Shown: in pieces, positions 39,325 to 52,589 of the stretch | How positions within the stretch are numbered: the stretch's first letter is position 1 | How the letters are laid out: the number at the start of each line of letters is the position of its first letter | Assembly (NCBI RefSeq): GCF_009914755.1 | Contig: NC_060931.1 | Length of the DNA stretch: 64,000 nt | Source of the DNA: the human T2T-CHM13v2.0 reference genome, Homo sapiens | Reading direction: 5' to 3' (one strand) | Made by a program: the position numbers and the translations under genes | The notes under the pieces: generated by a model | What the model was told of the DNA's origin: nothing | Databases searched by the model: none | The model's input: only the letters and a program-made list of their open reading frames with translations

Positions 39325-41269
39325 CCGCGCAAGCCAACTCTAACATAGGAAAGTATCTTAAATTGATTGACTAAAGTTGCAAAAGAAAACGTGGAACAGA
39401 TACTATCATAGTGCATTAGGATTAGTTTCAAGTTCACTTTGATAGAAAAAAAGGGCTTATAACGTTATTAGAGTTTTAGACCCTCATGAAAATCTCCAAA
39501 ACTGGATTCTTTTGAAAAATGAACACACTCAGATGCAGACTAAAACTGAACGTCGTATGCTTACTGTCAAACTGACCACACTATTTTCTCTTTGGAGTTA
39601 GAAAACTAAATCTAATCAAACCAGTTAAAAAGATAAAAGCATCGTAAAATGTATTTTAAGCTACTGAAAATGTAGCCACTACAAAAGTATGTTTCACAAG
39701 AAACCTAAGTAAGACTCAAATCTATTCAATTAGTATAGAAAAAAAGCACTAATAGTTTCCAATATAATTCCACATTTGTTATATAGTTTCATTCTGCCAG
39801 GTAGATATGGGCAAAAGAACAGTGCTCCTTTCAGGTAAAGAATAAATTGGGTTATGCATAGATATTCATAATTTCTTTAGCATCCTCCCCACAATATAGT
39901 TCATGCTAGGAGCGAAATTTTTCCCATAAGCAAAGTCCTAAACAAAGTGCATTTCCCCCAGACAAAAAACAACCATGAGTGTCGTACAATGCTAAGAATC
40001 ACACTTTCACCCTTCCTCTGCTCCTTTTTTTTTTTCACCTTGTCAGGAACAATCCTATCTTTGCCCATTTGAGGAAATACATATTTTGGGAAAGGAGGAA
40101 ACTATTAGTTTAAGTATACAACCAATGATAGTATCTAATGGCTAAAATCTTGAACATCAAACAGAACCAGGGAAAATGAAAAGAAATTAATAAAATTAGG
40201 AGAGATGACATTGTTAATATCCAGCCCTTTTTCTCTCATAAATTATAAACCTATAGCTCAGAAAGTTTTAATTTTTCAAGATGCAAGGCCAAACCTATGG
40301 CTAATGGCCAGATGAGGTGAGTACAGACCTAAAAATAATGAAATATATTGCTAGTCCTGCTTTTAACTGACTAACAAAGCTCAGGTAGCTAAAATGTTAT
40401 CCCTCTAAGAGTGGCTCCTAGGATTTGCCTCCTAAGTAACTGAGCTAACTAGTCATAGATTTTATGAATTTACATGTAGTCTTTCCAAACTTGGGTAACA
40501 GCATTCAAGTTCATCCTAGGATATTTTATATCCGAAGGCCCATTTTGGTGGTAGCCAGAATCTTTGTATGCACATGCAAATTGAGCATTAAAAACTTGGC
40601 ATTTCATATAGAAATAGTTAGAACTCATAAAGAGCAAATCACAGATATTGGAATGTTTTTTTGAACAGAGATAAGCAAGCAGTATGCTACATTAATTTTT
40701 AAGTCTCTGCATATTAATTTCCTCAAACAATTGCATTTCTCATGCTTGCTTTAGTTTTGAACACATTGTGATAGAGCATCTTTATTTAATATTTGATCAT
40801 GCAAAATTAAACACATTAGAGTTTAATCTTTCTGATAATAAACTAATGACAACTTAAGATTTATTTTCCTCGAGATTGTTTCAAAAGTCCCTGAGATGTT
40901 GATTTCTGAACACCTATTAAAAAACTGTAACCTATAGGGACATCTCCTAAATATTGCTGAATCAAGTTACTTTCTCAATTTGAAACTCTATTGATTCGTT
41001 CTAGGTTGCTTTCTTATAACTTCAATGGTCTGAGAAGAAATAGTAGTCACCAAATCCTATTCTTGGTTTCATAAAACTATTTGAAACTGAAAAATGGAGT
41101 CTATTTCAGCTTACTTTAAAAAAGATAATTGTCTTTAAAATGAAAAGGAAAAAAAAAAAACCCTGTGAGAGAAACAAAACTAGCAGCTTATATGTTAACA
41201 TAATGTTTCTTTTCTTCTAATTTGGATAAATTATATAAACCCTTTATGGTTGCTCATTACTGGTCTACT

Positions 41270-41700
41270 TCATCTTTTCTTGCATTTCTCTTTCCTATAG
41301 TCTACCTCCAGACCTATCGAACTGCTTGCCATTTCCTAAAATTGCTATGCTGCTTTCTCCCTGGATGCCTTTGAATACAGTTTCTTGTAAATGCACAGCC
41401 TTCTCTGTCAAATTCCTCAGTGTAAATCATCCTTCAGGAACAAAATCAAGAATTGCCTTCTCATGGAGATGTTGCCTGGCAGTCCTCAAAGTTGTAAAAA
41501 TTTTTGTTACTTTTTGTATAACTCCATCAGTAATTATTGTTCTGTGTTGAGATCATGGATTTTATTATCTATGTCTTTTAGTATCTGCAAACACTTTCAG
41601 TCAACAGGTTGTGTCTGGTTTATTGAACATTGACTGCAATAGGACTGGAATAGACGTTGTAGAATTGAGAAAACAGGTGAATGAACAAATGAAGAAATGA
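41270..41700 (+). mobile_element. L2 3' region
   Basis: L2-like pyrimidine-rich body ending 'tgaatgaacaaatgaa'. Confidence 0.55.
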
Positions 41701-42069
41701 GAGCAAACTTCGGTGACTCAGTGCATTGCCATGTAATTTAGCAGAACCTCAAAGGATATATACATAGTAACCTAAAAAGGAAATTTCTAAGCAAGTAATT
41801 CAGTCCGTCGATTCATTTGGTTGTAACTATTGCCATTATATCACAGACCAGTAATTTCAGTTATTTTAATAACCAAATCAGTTTGATCACTGATTTCTTC
41901 ACTACATATTTCAGCCCCTGCTCTGGGGTTAAAACTGGCCAGGAAACTTGGAGCTACTTCTTGAGAGCTGAAACTACCTCTGGATAAGGTACAGATTAAT
42001 AAGACCACTGATAAAAATCATTAAAAAGGTGCAGCATGCGTTGCCTTTTTTCAGCAGTGAGATGTGCTG

Positions 42070-42330
42070 CAAGGTTTAAGTTTTGGAGTCAGATGAGTAT
42101 GTCTTCAATTCCTTTACCCTCTAAATGAGTGACCTTGTTAACTTTATCCATAAGAGTGTTACCTTGATACATTTCTTAGCCCTCTGTGTATTTATTTTTA
42201 TTTTTAAAAGAATATCCACATCTACCTTCATGAGTGGGGGTAGAGAAATGGCACAAGACTGATGAGGTAACATATGAAAAATGTCTACTTCCGTATTTGA
42301 CACATAGTAACTGATGAATATTAGTTTATT
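42070..42330 (+). mobile_element. MIR
   Basis: 'tttggagtcaga...ccttgatacatttcttagccctctgtg...cacatagtaactgatgaatattag'. Confidence 0.6.
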
Positions 42331-42516
42331 CTTTTTACTACCATTTTTTGTTTACTAACTCTTTTCATTGATCTTTGCCCTGCCTAGACAAACCTTCTGA
42401 ATTGCTGAGGCTATTTTGTGGAGAATTACAGAGGCCACTAAACTCTTCCTTAACTCTTAGAGTGCAGCAGAAGTTGTAATAGCATCACTGAACTGAACAT
42501 AATGATTACTGGGCAA

Positions 42517-42648
42517 TCTCTCCCTCCCTCTCTGGTTGTCTTCCTTCCTCCCTCCCTTCCTCGCTTTTCTTTTTCCCTTTTTTCTGCTTTTCTTTCTGTC
42601 TTCTTCCTTTTTTCTTTTTCTCTTCTTTCTTCTCTTTCTCCTCTTCTT
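42517..42648. repeat. CT-rich low-complexity tract
   Basis: Read directly from the sequence. Confidence 0.9.
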
Positions 42649-43749
42649 AAATATGAACAAATGTAAGAAATACAAATATGTTTTAAAAGTAAAAGTTCAA
42701 CTTTATAAATATTAATCAGTGAATATATGCTCTAATTTTATCTGAGGGTACTCAGTCATCTCTAACCTTTAATTTTATATGAGTTATTTTCCAGAATTAT
42801 TTTTTTGCTTGGCTCATAGTAAAATCCTTAAAACCCATCACAAACTGGTTAAAATATTTTGTGTTCTCCTTGCATCAAAAGGTACTTACTGCTGTATCTT
42901 TACAAGTTTGTTGTTTTTTATTCAGCTTACTAAAAAAAATTAATTTGTTTAATTTTGTGTAAACAAAATAATCAGTCAATTGGTGAATTTTTAACTTTTT
43001 AACCAATTGTTTGAACATTAGGTAGGTAGATGTAAGTTGTTATTCCACTGGAGCAAGCATGATAGGGAGGCATTTTCTTGCACTAGCAGAGATTATAGCT
43101 GCTGAAATAGACTTTTAAGGTATTAGACAAGTATTTGGTGGAGAATGGTTAATAAACACTAATTAAGTCAGCTCCAAAGAAACCCTTGGAGGAAGATCAA
43201 TATTATTAAGTGTTTAAACTAGCTTTTCACATTTACCGAATCTATATGGAACTGGGCAAGCTGCAATGCCTCCTTCACTTTCTTACTTTCTGCTCCCCTT
43301 TCATTTAAACTGATTGTTGGCTTGCAGCTCACACTTGTAATCATCTTTTTCTCTCTAGGAACTTATTTAAGTTGCCATATATACATCATATATTATATAT
43401 ATACTGCATAACATTCCTTAATGTTGAGTTACTGAGCTTGGCTGATATGAAAAGCTGCAGAATCTGCTAGTGCTAGATTAAAAATGTATATGAACAAGGC
43501 AAAAAATAAAAAAAGGATCCCACTCGCTTCCTCCAAGTTAAAAGAAGATAAAACTGTACTTGATTGAGAAAGAAAATAAGAATAGTTCTGATTTTGGCAT
43601 TAACTTCCATAATCTAGAGCTAAGTAATGACTACTTGCCCACAAGCAAAATAAATCACCAGGTACACAGGATATGAAGTACATTATGAATACGAGCTGCT
43701 GTCAATTAATTATTGGTTAATTAACATACATCCTAGATTAATAATAATC

Positions 43750-43990
43750 ATAATTAATAATGATAACAGCTAGCATAAATAGAATTATCTTACTTAGTGG
43801 CAGGTGCTCTACACTTTACATTTCATCTTCATGGCCATTGCACATGATAGGCACCATTATGATCCTCACTTTACAATGAGTAATCTGAAGTCTAGAGAAT
43901 TTGGATAATTGCTAAGAATCACATAGCTATTAGATCATGGATTTGGGATCTGAATCCAGATAACACACTTCTACAGTCTATGTTCTATCT
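43750..43990 (-). mobile_element. MIR
   Basis: 'cattatgatcctcactttacaatgagtaatctgaag...aagaatcacatagct...gggatctgaatccag'. Confidence 0.7.
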
Positions 43991-44499
43991 AAAACAATTT
44001 TTCATTTCTCACAATGTGCCAAATTCTAATCTTACTGAGGCTAAGTCCAGGACTGCAGAGTTGATAGAAAGACCACCAACAGATCTTTAGGCAATCCTTC
44101 ATAGCAGGTAATTAAAATATTTGCATAGGAAAGTATTAGAAATAGAAAAAACTAAAATGATCAGAGACGACTCACTTAGGGGCCAGCGTATTAGAAACTC
44201 TATCAGAACAGTATTTGCCATTTTATGAGATAATTGATTTTCTAGTTTTATTCCTTTCTCACAATAACTGCAACAATATTTACAGTTTTCAACAACACAC
44301 TAACACTACAAATAAGAAGGCATTATATTTATTAAATGCTTCAAATGCATCAAGCATTAAAAAAGGGCATTATATACATTATTTCATTTATTTCTTGCAA
44401 CCTTGTAGAAGAGATATTGTTTTATTTTAAAATTGAATATACTGGTACTTAGGAAGTTTACTATATAAATTAATAAACTACAAAATTAAGAAAATAAGT

Positions 44500-45970
44500 C
44501 ACAAAAACACACATTCCAACAAACATGTATTTTATAAGCATCCTACTGGCAAAATTAAAATAGTATCTGCTGGTGTGGATGTAGGAACTCTGATACAGGT
44601 CACTTCATGCACTGCTAGTGAGAGTATCGACTGGTGCATTTAACCTGGAAATCACAGTGGAAGGCAGTTAAATTGCTCATGGCCCAGAAATTCTCATTTT
44701 GCATATATATATTCCCAAGATATACATCACAAAATTCTACAAGGATATTAATTACAGCATTGTTTGTGATAATGGTTAGTCAGAGGTGTCCATCATATGA
44801 GGAAAAACTAGATAATGTGTGGTAGAAAGTCAACATGAGGTATCATGCAACAGTGAGAGGCAAATGAGTGTGTGAATATGTGTTTGTATGAACAGGTCTC
44901 AAAACCATTGCATAGAGTGGTATAAAATACTTGCAAATTACATATCTAAAAAGAAACTTGCATCCTGAATATACAAGATAATTTAAAACTAAAAACTAAT
45001 AGAAGAAATAGTCCAGTTGGAAGTAAGCTAAGGATATGAATTGATATTTCTCTAAGAAATATATACAAATGGCCAATAAGCACATGAAAAGATGCAGAAC
45101 ATCATTAGTTATTAAGGAAATACAAATCAAAACCACAATGAGGTACCACTTCACACCCACTAAAATGCATACAATAAAAAAGACAATAACATTATAATAT
45201 TCAAATATTCAGTTCTCAGCAAAAAATTATGAAGCACACAAAGAAATAGGAAAGCATGACCCATTTAAATTTGACACAAATCAGCCCTAAAAAAGTTCAG
45301 ACATTAGAAATATAGGACAGCCATTTTAAAACAACTCTATTAAGTATGTTCAAAAAGCTAAACAGACATAGCTCTCCCTAGCCTTTTCTCCTAGGCCTTA
45401 GTTCATCTGTTGTGTGTCTCAACCATAATCTTTTGCCCCAGCCATCTGATGCTTTTCTGGCCAGAATAAGTTCCAAGACAGGCAAAAAAGGGAAAAGTGA
45501 CTTGAGTCCTTCAGGCAGTTCTCAGCCAGACATTAGAAATATAAGACAGACACTTTAAAACAACTCTATTAAGTATGTTCAAAAAACTAAAGGAAAATAT
45601 GGACAAAGAACTAAAGGAAATCAGAAAACATGTATAAACAAAATAATATCAGCAAAGAAATACAAATTTGAAAAGAACTAAACAGAACTCCTGGAGCCAG
45701 AAAGTACAATAACTAGAATAAAAAATTTGCTGAGGAGAATCAATAGCAGATTTGGCAGGCAGAAGACAGAAGCAGGAACATGAGGATAGGATAACTGATA
45801 TTTTCCTGTCTGCAAAGCAGAAAAAAAAAAAGAAATGAGAAAAATGAACTGAGTGTAATAGACCAGTGGGACACAATCAAGTAGCCTAATGTCTGCTTAA
45901 TGGGAATTGTAGAAGAAAGTAAAAAATAGAAAATTTATGTGAGTGTTAATGGCTAAAAACTTCACAGCTA
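44500..45970 (+). mobile_element. Mosaic of old L1M fragments (3' region, ORF2 end, then ORF1 region)
   Basis: 'aaatggccaataagcacatgaaaagatg...caaatcaaaaccacaatgaggtaccacttcacaccc' and an ORF1-like A-rich stretch at 45200-45970. Confidence 0.75.
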
Positions 45971-45989
45971 AACTGACATATGTATAGTC

Positions 45990-46790
45990 ATCCTAATCCT
46001 AAGCGAATTCAAAGTCCACTAGAATTATTTATACAAAAACTCACTCTTTTAATTCTCTGATCTCATTATCTCCATGAACTTCATTCTTACTCCACTTTGG
46101 TTACTTGCTCCAATTGCTTCCCTACAGCTTTTCACATCACTCAAAATTGCTTTTTCTCTGAAATAAGAAATTCAATTGCCCACTTTCTCAATGCAATCCA
46201 AATCCTTATGGCTAGCTTACTTAGTTTCCTCCATTACAAGTATTCTTCAGCTTCATCAAGATCTGCAGCCTTCTGACTTCTCCCACATTCTTAGTCCTGT
46301 AATCCTATCCTTTGTTTCCTTCCTAAACTGATTCTGATTCTGTACCATTTTAAAATCGATTGAGTCCTCTCCTATAGCATCCCAGCTTTCTAAACCCCAA
46401 CCTTTTCTTATGCCTGTACCTTGACTGTAGGTAGCTACTACTCCATATTTTTACCCTCTAACATGTCATTAACACAACGTAGTTTTACCCTCTGCACACC
46501 CAAAATCTGTTCTTTCCAATTTGATTCTTGAACTATATGTGTTTAAATTCAACAGATACTTCACGCATCTTACGTTACTTAATTGTCTTTAGTATTTGCA
46601 CTATTTACCAGTCCCACTTTAAAACACTCTCTTTCCGTGGCTTTCATGACACTCAATGCTACTGGGATTGAGTAGCATCAAGAAAATATTTTCTTGAGTT
46701 TTCTGTTCAACTTTTAAATATTGAGAATCTAAGAGATAATTTTGTATACTTTTCTTTCACTCAATGTCAGCAACCCTCATATGTTTTGGG
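45990..46790 (+). mobile_element. L2 ORF2 fragments
   Basis: 'aaacactctctttccgtggctttcatgacac' is a typical L2 RT-region motif. Confidence 0.55.
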
Positions 46791-46793
46791 GAC

Positions 46794-47229
46794 TGTCTTC
46801 GTCTGTTTGTGTTGCTATAAAGGAATACCTGATGCTGGGTAATTTTTTTTTTAAAGGCTTATTTGGCTCAGGGTTCTGCAGGCTGTTCAAGAAGCGTGGT
46901 GCCAGCATCTGCTTCTGGCTAGGGACTCACTATTTCCACTCATGAAGGAATGTGAAGAAGAGATGGCATGTGAATATCACATGGTGAGAGAGAAAGGAAG
47001 AGAGGAGGGGGAGATGCCAGATTTTATGTATTTATTTATTTAACAACCAGATTGCATGGGAACTAACAGTGAGAACTAACTCACTCCCATGAGAATGGTG
47101 CCAAACCATTCATGAGGGATCTGCCTCCAGGACCCAAATACCTCCCAATAGGCCCTAATTCCAACACTGGGGATCAAATATCAACATGAAACTTGGAAAG
47201 GCCAAACAAACCATATCCAAACCACGGCA
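46794..47229 (-). mobile_element. MSTB/MSTB1 MaLR solo LTR
   Basis: TG...CA ends. 5-bp TSD GGGAC/GAGAC. Confidence 0.9.
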
Positions 47230-47570
47230 GAGACTTTCAGTAAAAACCATGCCTTGGTTAGTAGTAGATTTGCGGCGGCAGCAAATCTCTATATTTTTTG
47301 TGAATTACAATGACACGTTCACTTAGCTTTATCATCGGTGTGGGGTGACAACACTTCAGACCAATAACAGATTCAACTCCACTGAGCTGGTGGGGGCATG
47401 TAGAATAAAGAGGAAAAAAATAGTGATTTTTAAATCTAAATTCAAAGACCATAGGATGTCTTCATTCACTGCAAGGTGATAATTTGTGAACATATTGAAA
47501 GACCCATGGAAGTTAATACCCATATTTTCTGAAGAAGACTTTTGCCGAAGGAGATTTCTGCTTCAGGTGG

Positions 47571-47863
47571 TGAAGGAGTTTAGAACACACCACTGCAAAA
47601 TATGCCATTCTGGCAAATTTTACTTACATATTTTACTTACTTTTCCACAACTGCCTTTCTTGGTTTAACCTAGTATAAAAGCATTTAAGTTTTATCAGTT
47701 CTTTCAGTAATCATTTCCTTATGAGAGCTCACTTGTCACATAAACCCATATTAAATAAATGTGTATATGTTTTCCTAGTGTTAAATCTGCCTTATGTCAA
47801 GTTAGGTCTCAGGCACAACCAGAGACCCTAAGAAAAGAGAGGTAGAGTTTTGCCTCTTCTACA
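47571..47863 (+). mobile_element. MER34-family ERV1 solo LTR, internally deleted
   Basis: tgaaggag...tgcctcttctaca with a perfect 4-bp TSD GTGG. Confidence 0.75.
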
Positions 47864-48125
47864 GTGGGAAATAAAAGCTGTTAGATTTAGATTTATTTAT
47901 AAAGACTAGTAAAGTTTAGAACACACTGATGAAACATGAGATTGGATAAGTACAAATTTCCTATAAAAACAGAAGTGCTTTGGGCATTTGGCATTAAGTA
48001 ATGAGAAATAAATGTCAGGGTAAACCTCAATTCTTCCCCAGTATAACTCCCATTAAAATTATATGTTCAGAGGAAACATTTTATTTTATAAATACATTTA
48101 CCCCTTTCCCAGACCTATTCTGTAA

Positions 48126-48981
<856 letters not shown>

Positions 48982-50739
48982 GGGCCTCCCTTACTGCTCC
49001 GAGGGCAGAAAACCAGGTTGGATACAGCCCTGTCCCATGTATTTCAATTTTTTAAATCTGTAATTTTTCTCCAATTAAAGAAATAGTTACATTACTAAAG
49101 CATCTTTTTTAGGTGAAATCTTCATAGATTTAATGTTTTTGTGCTAAGAAGAAAATGGATATGGTTTTAAAATCAACCAAGGAAAGTTTCTTAAAGAAAG
49201 GTGATGGTTAGACTGCAAGTTGGAGAATTGTGTAGAAAGAGATTCGTCATTCTGTGGCATAACGATGCTCACAGTAAATACTTGCTCAAATCAATTAATT
49301 GCATCCAGAACGGTTTCAAACTTCTATCAGTGGGTAATCGAGGTTCTCCAAGAGTGTTGCCTCAATGTGTATTTTTAGCCTTCTCTCTCATAGAATTTAT
49401 TAAACAAAGAAATAAATACAGCCTTGCTTTATAGCTAGGTAAATACATTCATTGTGATCTAAACATATCTTCTCATTTCTAACTCTGTGATTATATTTCT
49501 TGCACTGCTTCTCTCACCTGGAAAGCCCACCTTAGCTTTTTTATCTGTTTACATGCTATACTTACCTAAAGTATAAATAGATGCTCTTTAAAAAAAAGTT
49601 TTTGACTGATAATTTAGCCCATTGTGATCTATTTCTTTCTAGACTCCTTTTCATGTAATGAGGTTATGTTTTCAACAAGTTAATATATAAAATGGGTTAC
49701 ACCTAAGCACATATGTTTTCTGTTTATACTTGGAGGATGTCACCACTGCATTTATTGATATTTGACTATTCCCATAATAGTATATGCTGGTTTTTACTGT
49801 TATTTTACTGCTGTTTCTCAATGTTTTATCCAGTAGTTCATAATACTTTATTACCTAGGGGACATAACTTTACTTCTTCACATTGAATGAAGCTGTTAAC
49901 ACACACTGCAAGTTCAATTAATAACTGAAGACATAAATATTCAAGAAAGGTAAAGGAAAGAGGGAGAAATAGAAGGCAGACAAGAAAGGTAGAAACAAAC
50001 AATGAAAAAGGAGAACATGGAACAACTAAAGTTGTCCTCATTGGTCACTAACCCCTTAATGACTTTATAAACACATTTTGAAAACAGCCTGAAGAGTTAA
50101 GTCTGTGAGTTCACATTTGTAAAACTGATTAAATATTATACAGTTCTCTGTAGATATAAGGCATTAAAAATCATCTAAATCTAAAACCAGGGTAGCTTTT
50201 GCTCTCAATATTGTTGTATTGTATTTTAAATTTGTTTCACACTGCTCTGTCCCTTTGTTAATTTAATGAAAATTGTTAAATACTTTTGGAACTTGGAACG
50301 TACAGAGTATATTCCAATGAAATTCTGTGACGAGTCATCATCCTTTTACTAAGACATACTTGTCTTGTTTTTTTTTTTTCCAGAGAGTCAAAAGCCCTTA
50401 ACTATAGACAATAAATCTGCTATGTAACAGGAATTTTAAAACTCATTTTAAATCTCTTCATCACTTTAAATGTACACTAAAGAAATCAAGTTATACTTGC
50501 TAAAGGCATCATTTGATTTTATGGTCATTTAAAAGTCTCTATTATATATTTTACAATTGGCATTTTCAAATATATAAATATATATTTACACATAATATCA
50601 TATGGTTTCCAAATATGCTATTAAAATCTAGTACAAGTTTTTGAGCAAGATTCCTACAGTTAATTGTTTACCATAAAAATAAACTACAGTTTCTATGCAT
50701 CCTGAGATTTTATTTATTTTGGTTTAAAATTTTTAAAAA

Positions 50740-51199
50740 ATTATTTCTAAAAATTTTGTGGGTACATAATAGTTGTATATATTTATTGGGTATGTGAGAT
50801 GTTTTGATAGAGACACACAATGTTAAATAAGCATATCAAGGAAAATGGAGTATCCATCCCATCAATTATTTATCTTTCATGTTACAAACAATCTAATTGC
50901 ACTATTTATTTTTAAAAATACAATTAAGTTATTATTGACTATAGTCACCCTATTGTGCTATCAATTTGCATGTCTTATTTTTTCTTTTTTTTTTTTGTAC
51001 CCATTAGCCATCCTCACCTCCCACGCCAAACCCCTATTACTCTTCCCAGCCTCTAGTAATCATCCTTCCACTTTATATGTTCATGAGTTCTAGATTCCAT
51101 GAATAAGTGAGAACATGTGATTTCTATGCCTGGCTTATTTCACTTAACATAATAATCTCCAGTTGCATTCATATTGTTGCAAATGACAGGATCTCATTT
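50740..51199 (-). mobile_element. L1MA2/3-like 3' end
   Basis: 'ttttgtgggtacataatag...aaaatggagtatccatccc...gactatagtcaccct'. Confidence 0.85.
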
Positions 51200-51426
51200 G
51201 CTGAGTATGTGACTAAAAAAGTAAAAAAAAAAGTTGGTTGCTAAATAATTTTTAATACAAGAGGCGTTCAATTAGTTAAAAGGAGATACCTTTAAATAGA
51301 ATAAAGGTGATATGGCTATATGTTTCTAAAATATTAACAACATTTTACACCTATAGGTAAAATTTTAAATTTCCTCTGTTACCTATTGAATGTCTATAAA
51401 ATGTGTCTCTTGTTTGCATTTCCTAG

Positions 51427-51745
<319 letters not shown>

Positions 51746-52589
51746 AGCTGACAGTTTTTCTATTTGAAATATTTTGAATTTATTTGTAGAAGGCATTTAA
51801 ATTTAAATATTGTAGATAAGGTATTAGTTTGGAACTATTCAAACAATAATGCTAAAATCAAATATGCTAAAAATGCATGATCAACAGAATTTTGCTTTCT
51901 GCAGTGTATTGGGCAAGATACTCTTAAAAAACCTCCTGTTACAGAACTACTATATTCTGGATAAAACATATTTTCAATATTGCTGGCTCACAAAGAGTCA
52001 CTGTGTTTCCAAGGATGCTCCATCCTGCTCCCAAAAGAACAATAAAATAAAATGCCATGAACTGAAATAAGAAGTGCGAGCAATGACTAATAAATCAACT
52101 AAAGCAGGAACACTTCCCTGAAAAATAAATGCTTAAATGTGTGCAAGTTTGAAGACTAAATCTGGGACCAGTGCATATGAAGACTTAAATTAACCAGAGT
52201 CATTCACATTGAATCCACATCCTTTGGAGCTAAGTTATTCCCAGCTTTGCAGTATCTCTTGTATCTTGGCAAATATAAATGCTAATTTTCTCTGAAGAAA
52301 ATTATTCACGATTAGGGCCAAGAGTAATGTCACTGATTGAGATGATTGTCAAAGATTCCCAAGCCACCATGGACAAGTCAGAAGAAACACAGACATAGGT
52401 GCATAAGGACTATGAATTCAAATGATCACACAAGGAATTTTTTTAAATATATGAAAAAAGTTCAAATTAATAAGATTTTACCTAAAACACATACTGAAAA
52501 TAAACAGGAAGTTTTGGAAAAGAAACAACTCCTTTTGAATTAAGAAAATATAAATGATAAATCAAAATCTCTGTAACAGATAGCAGTAT

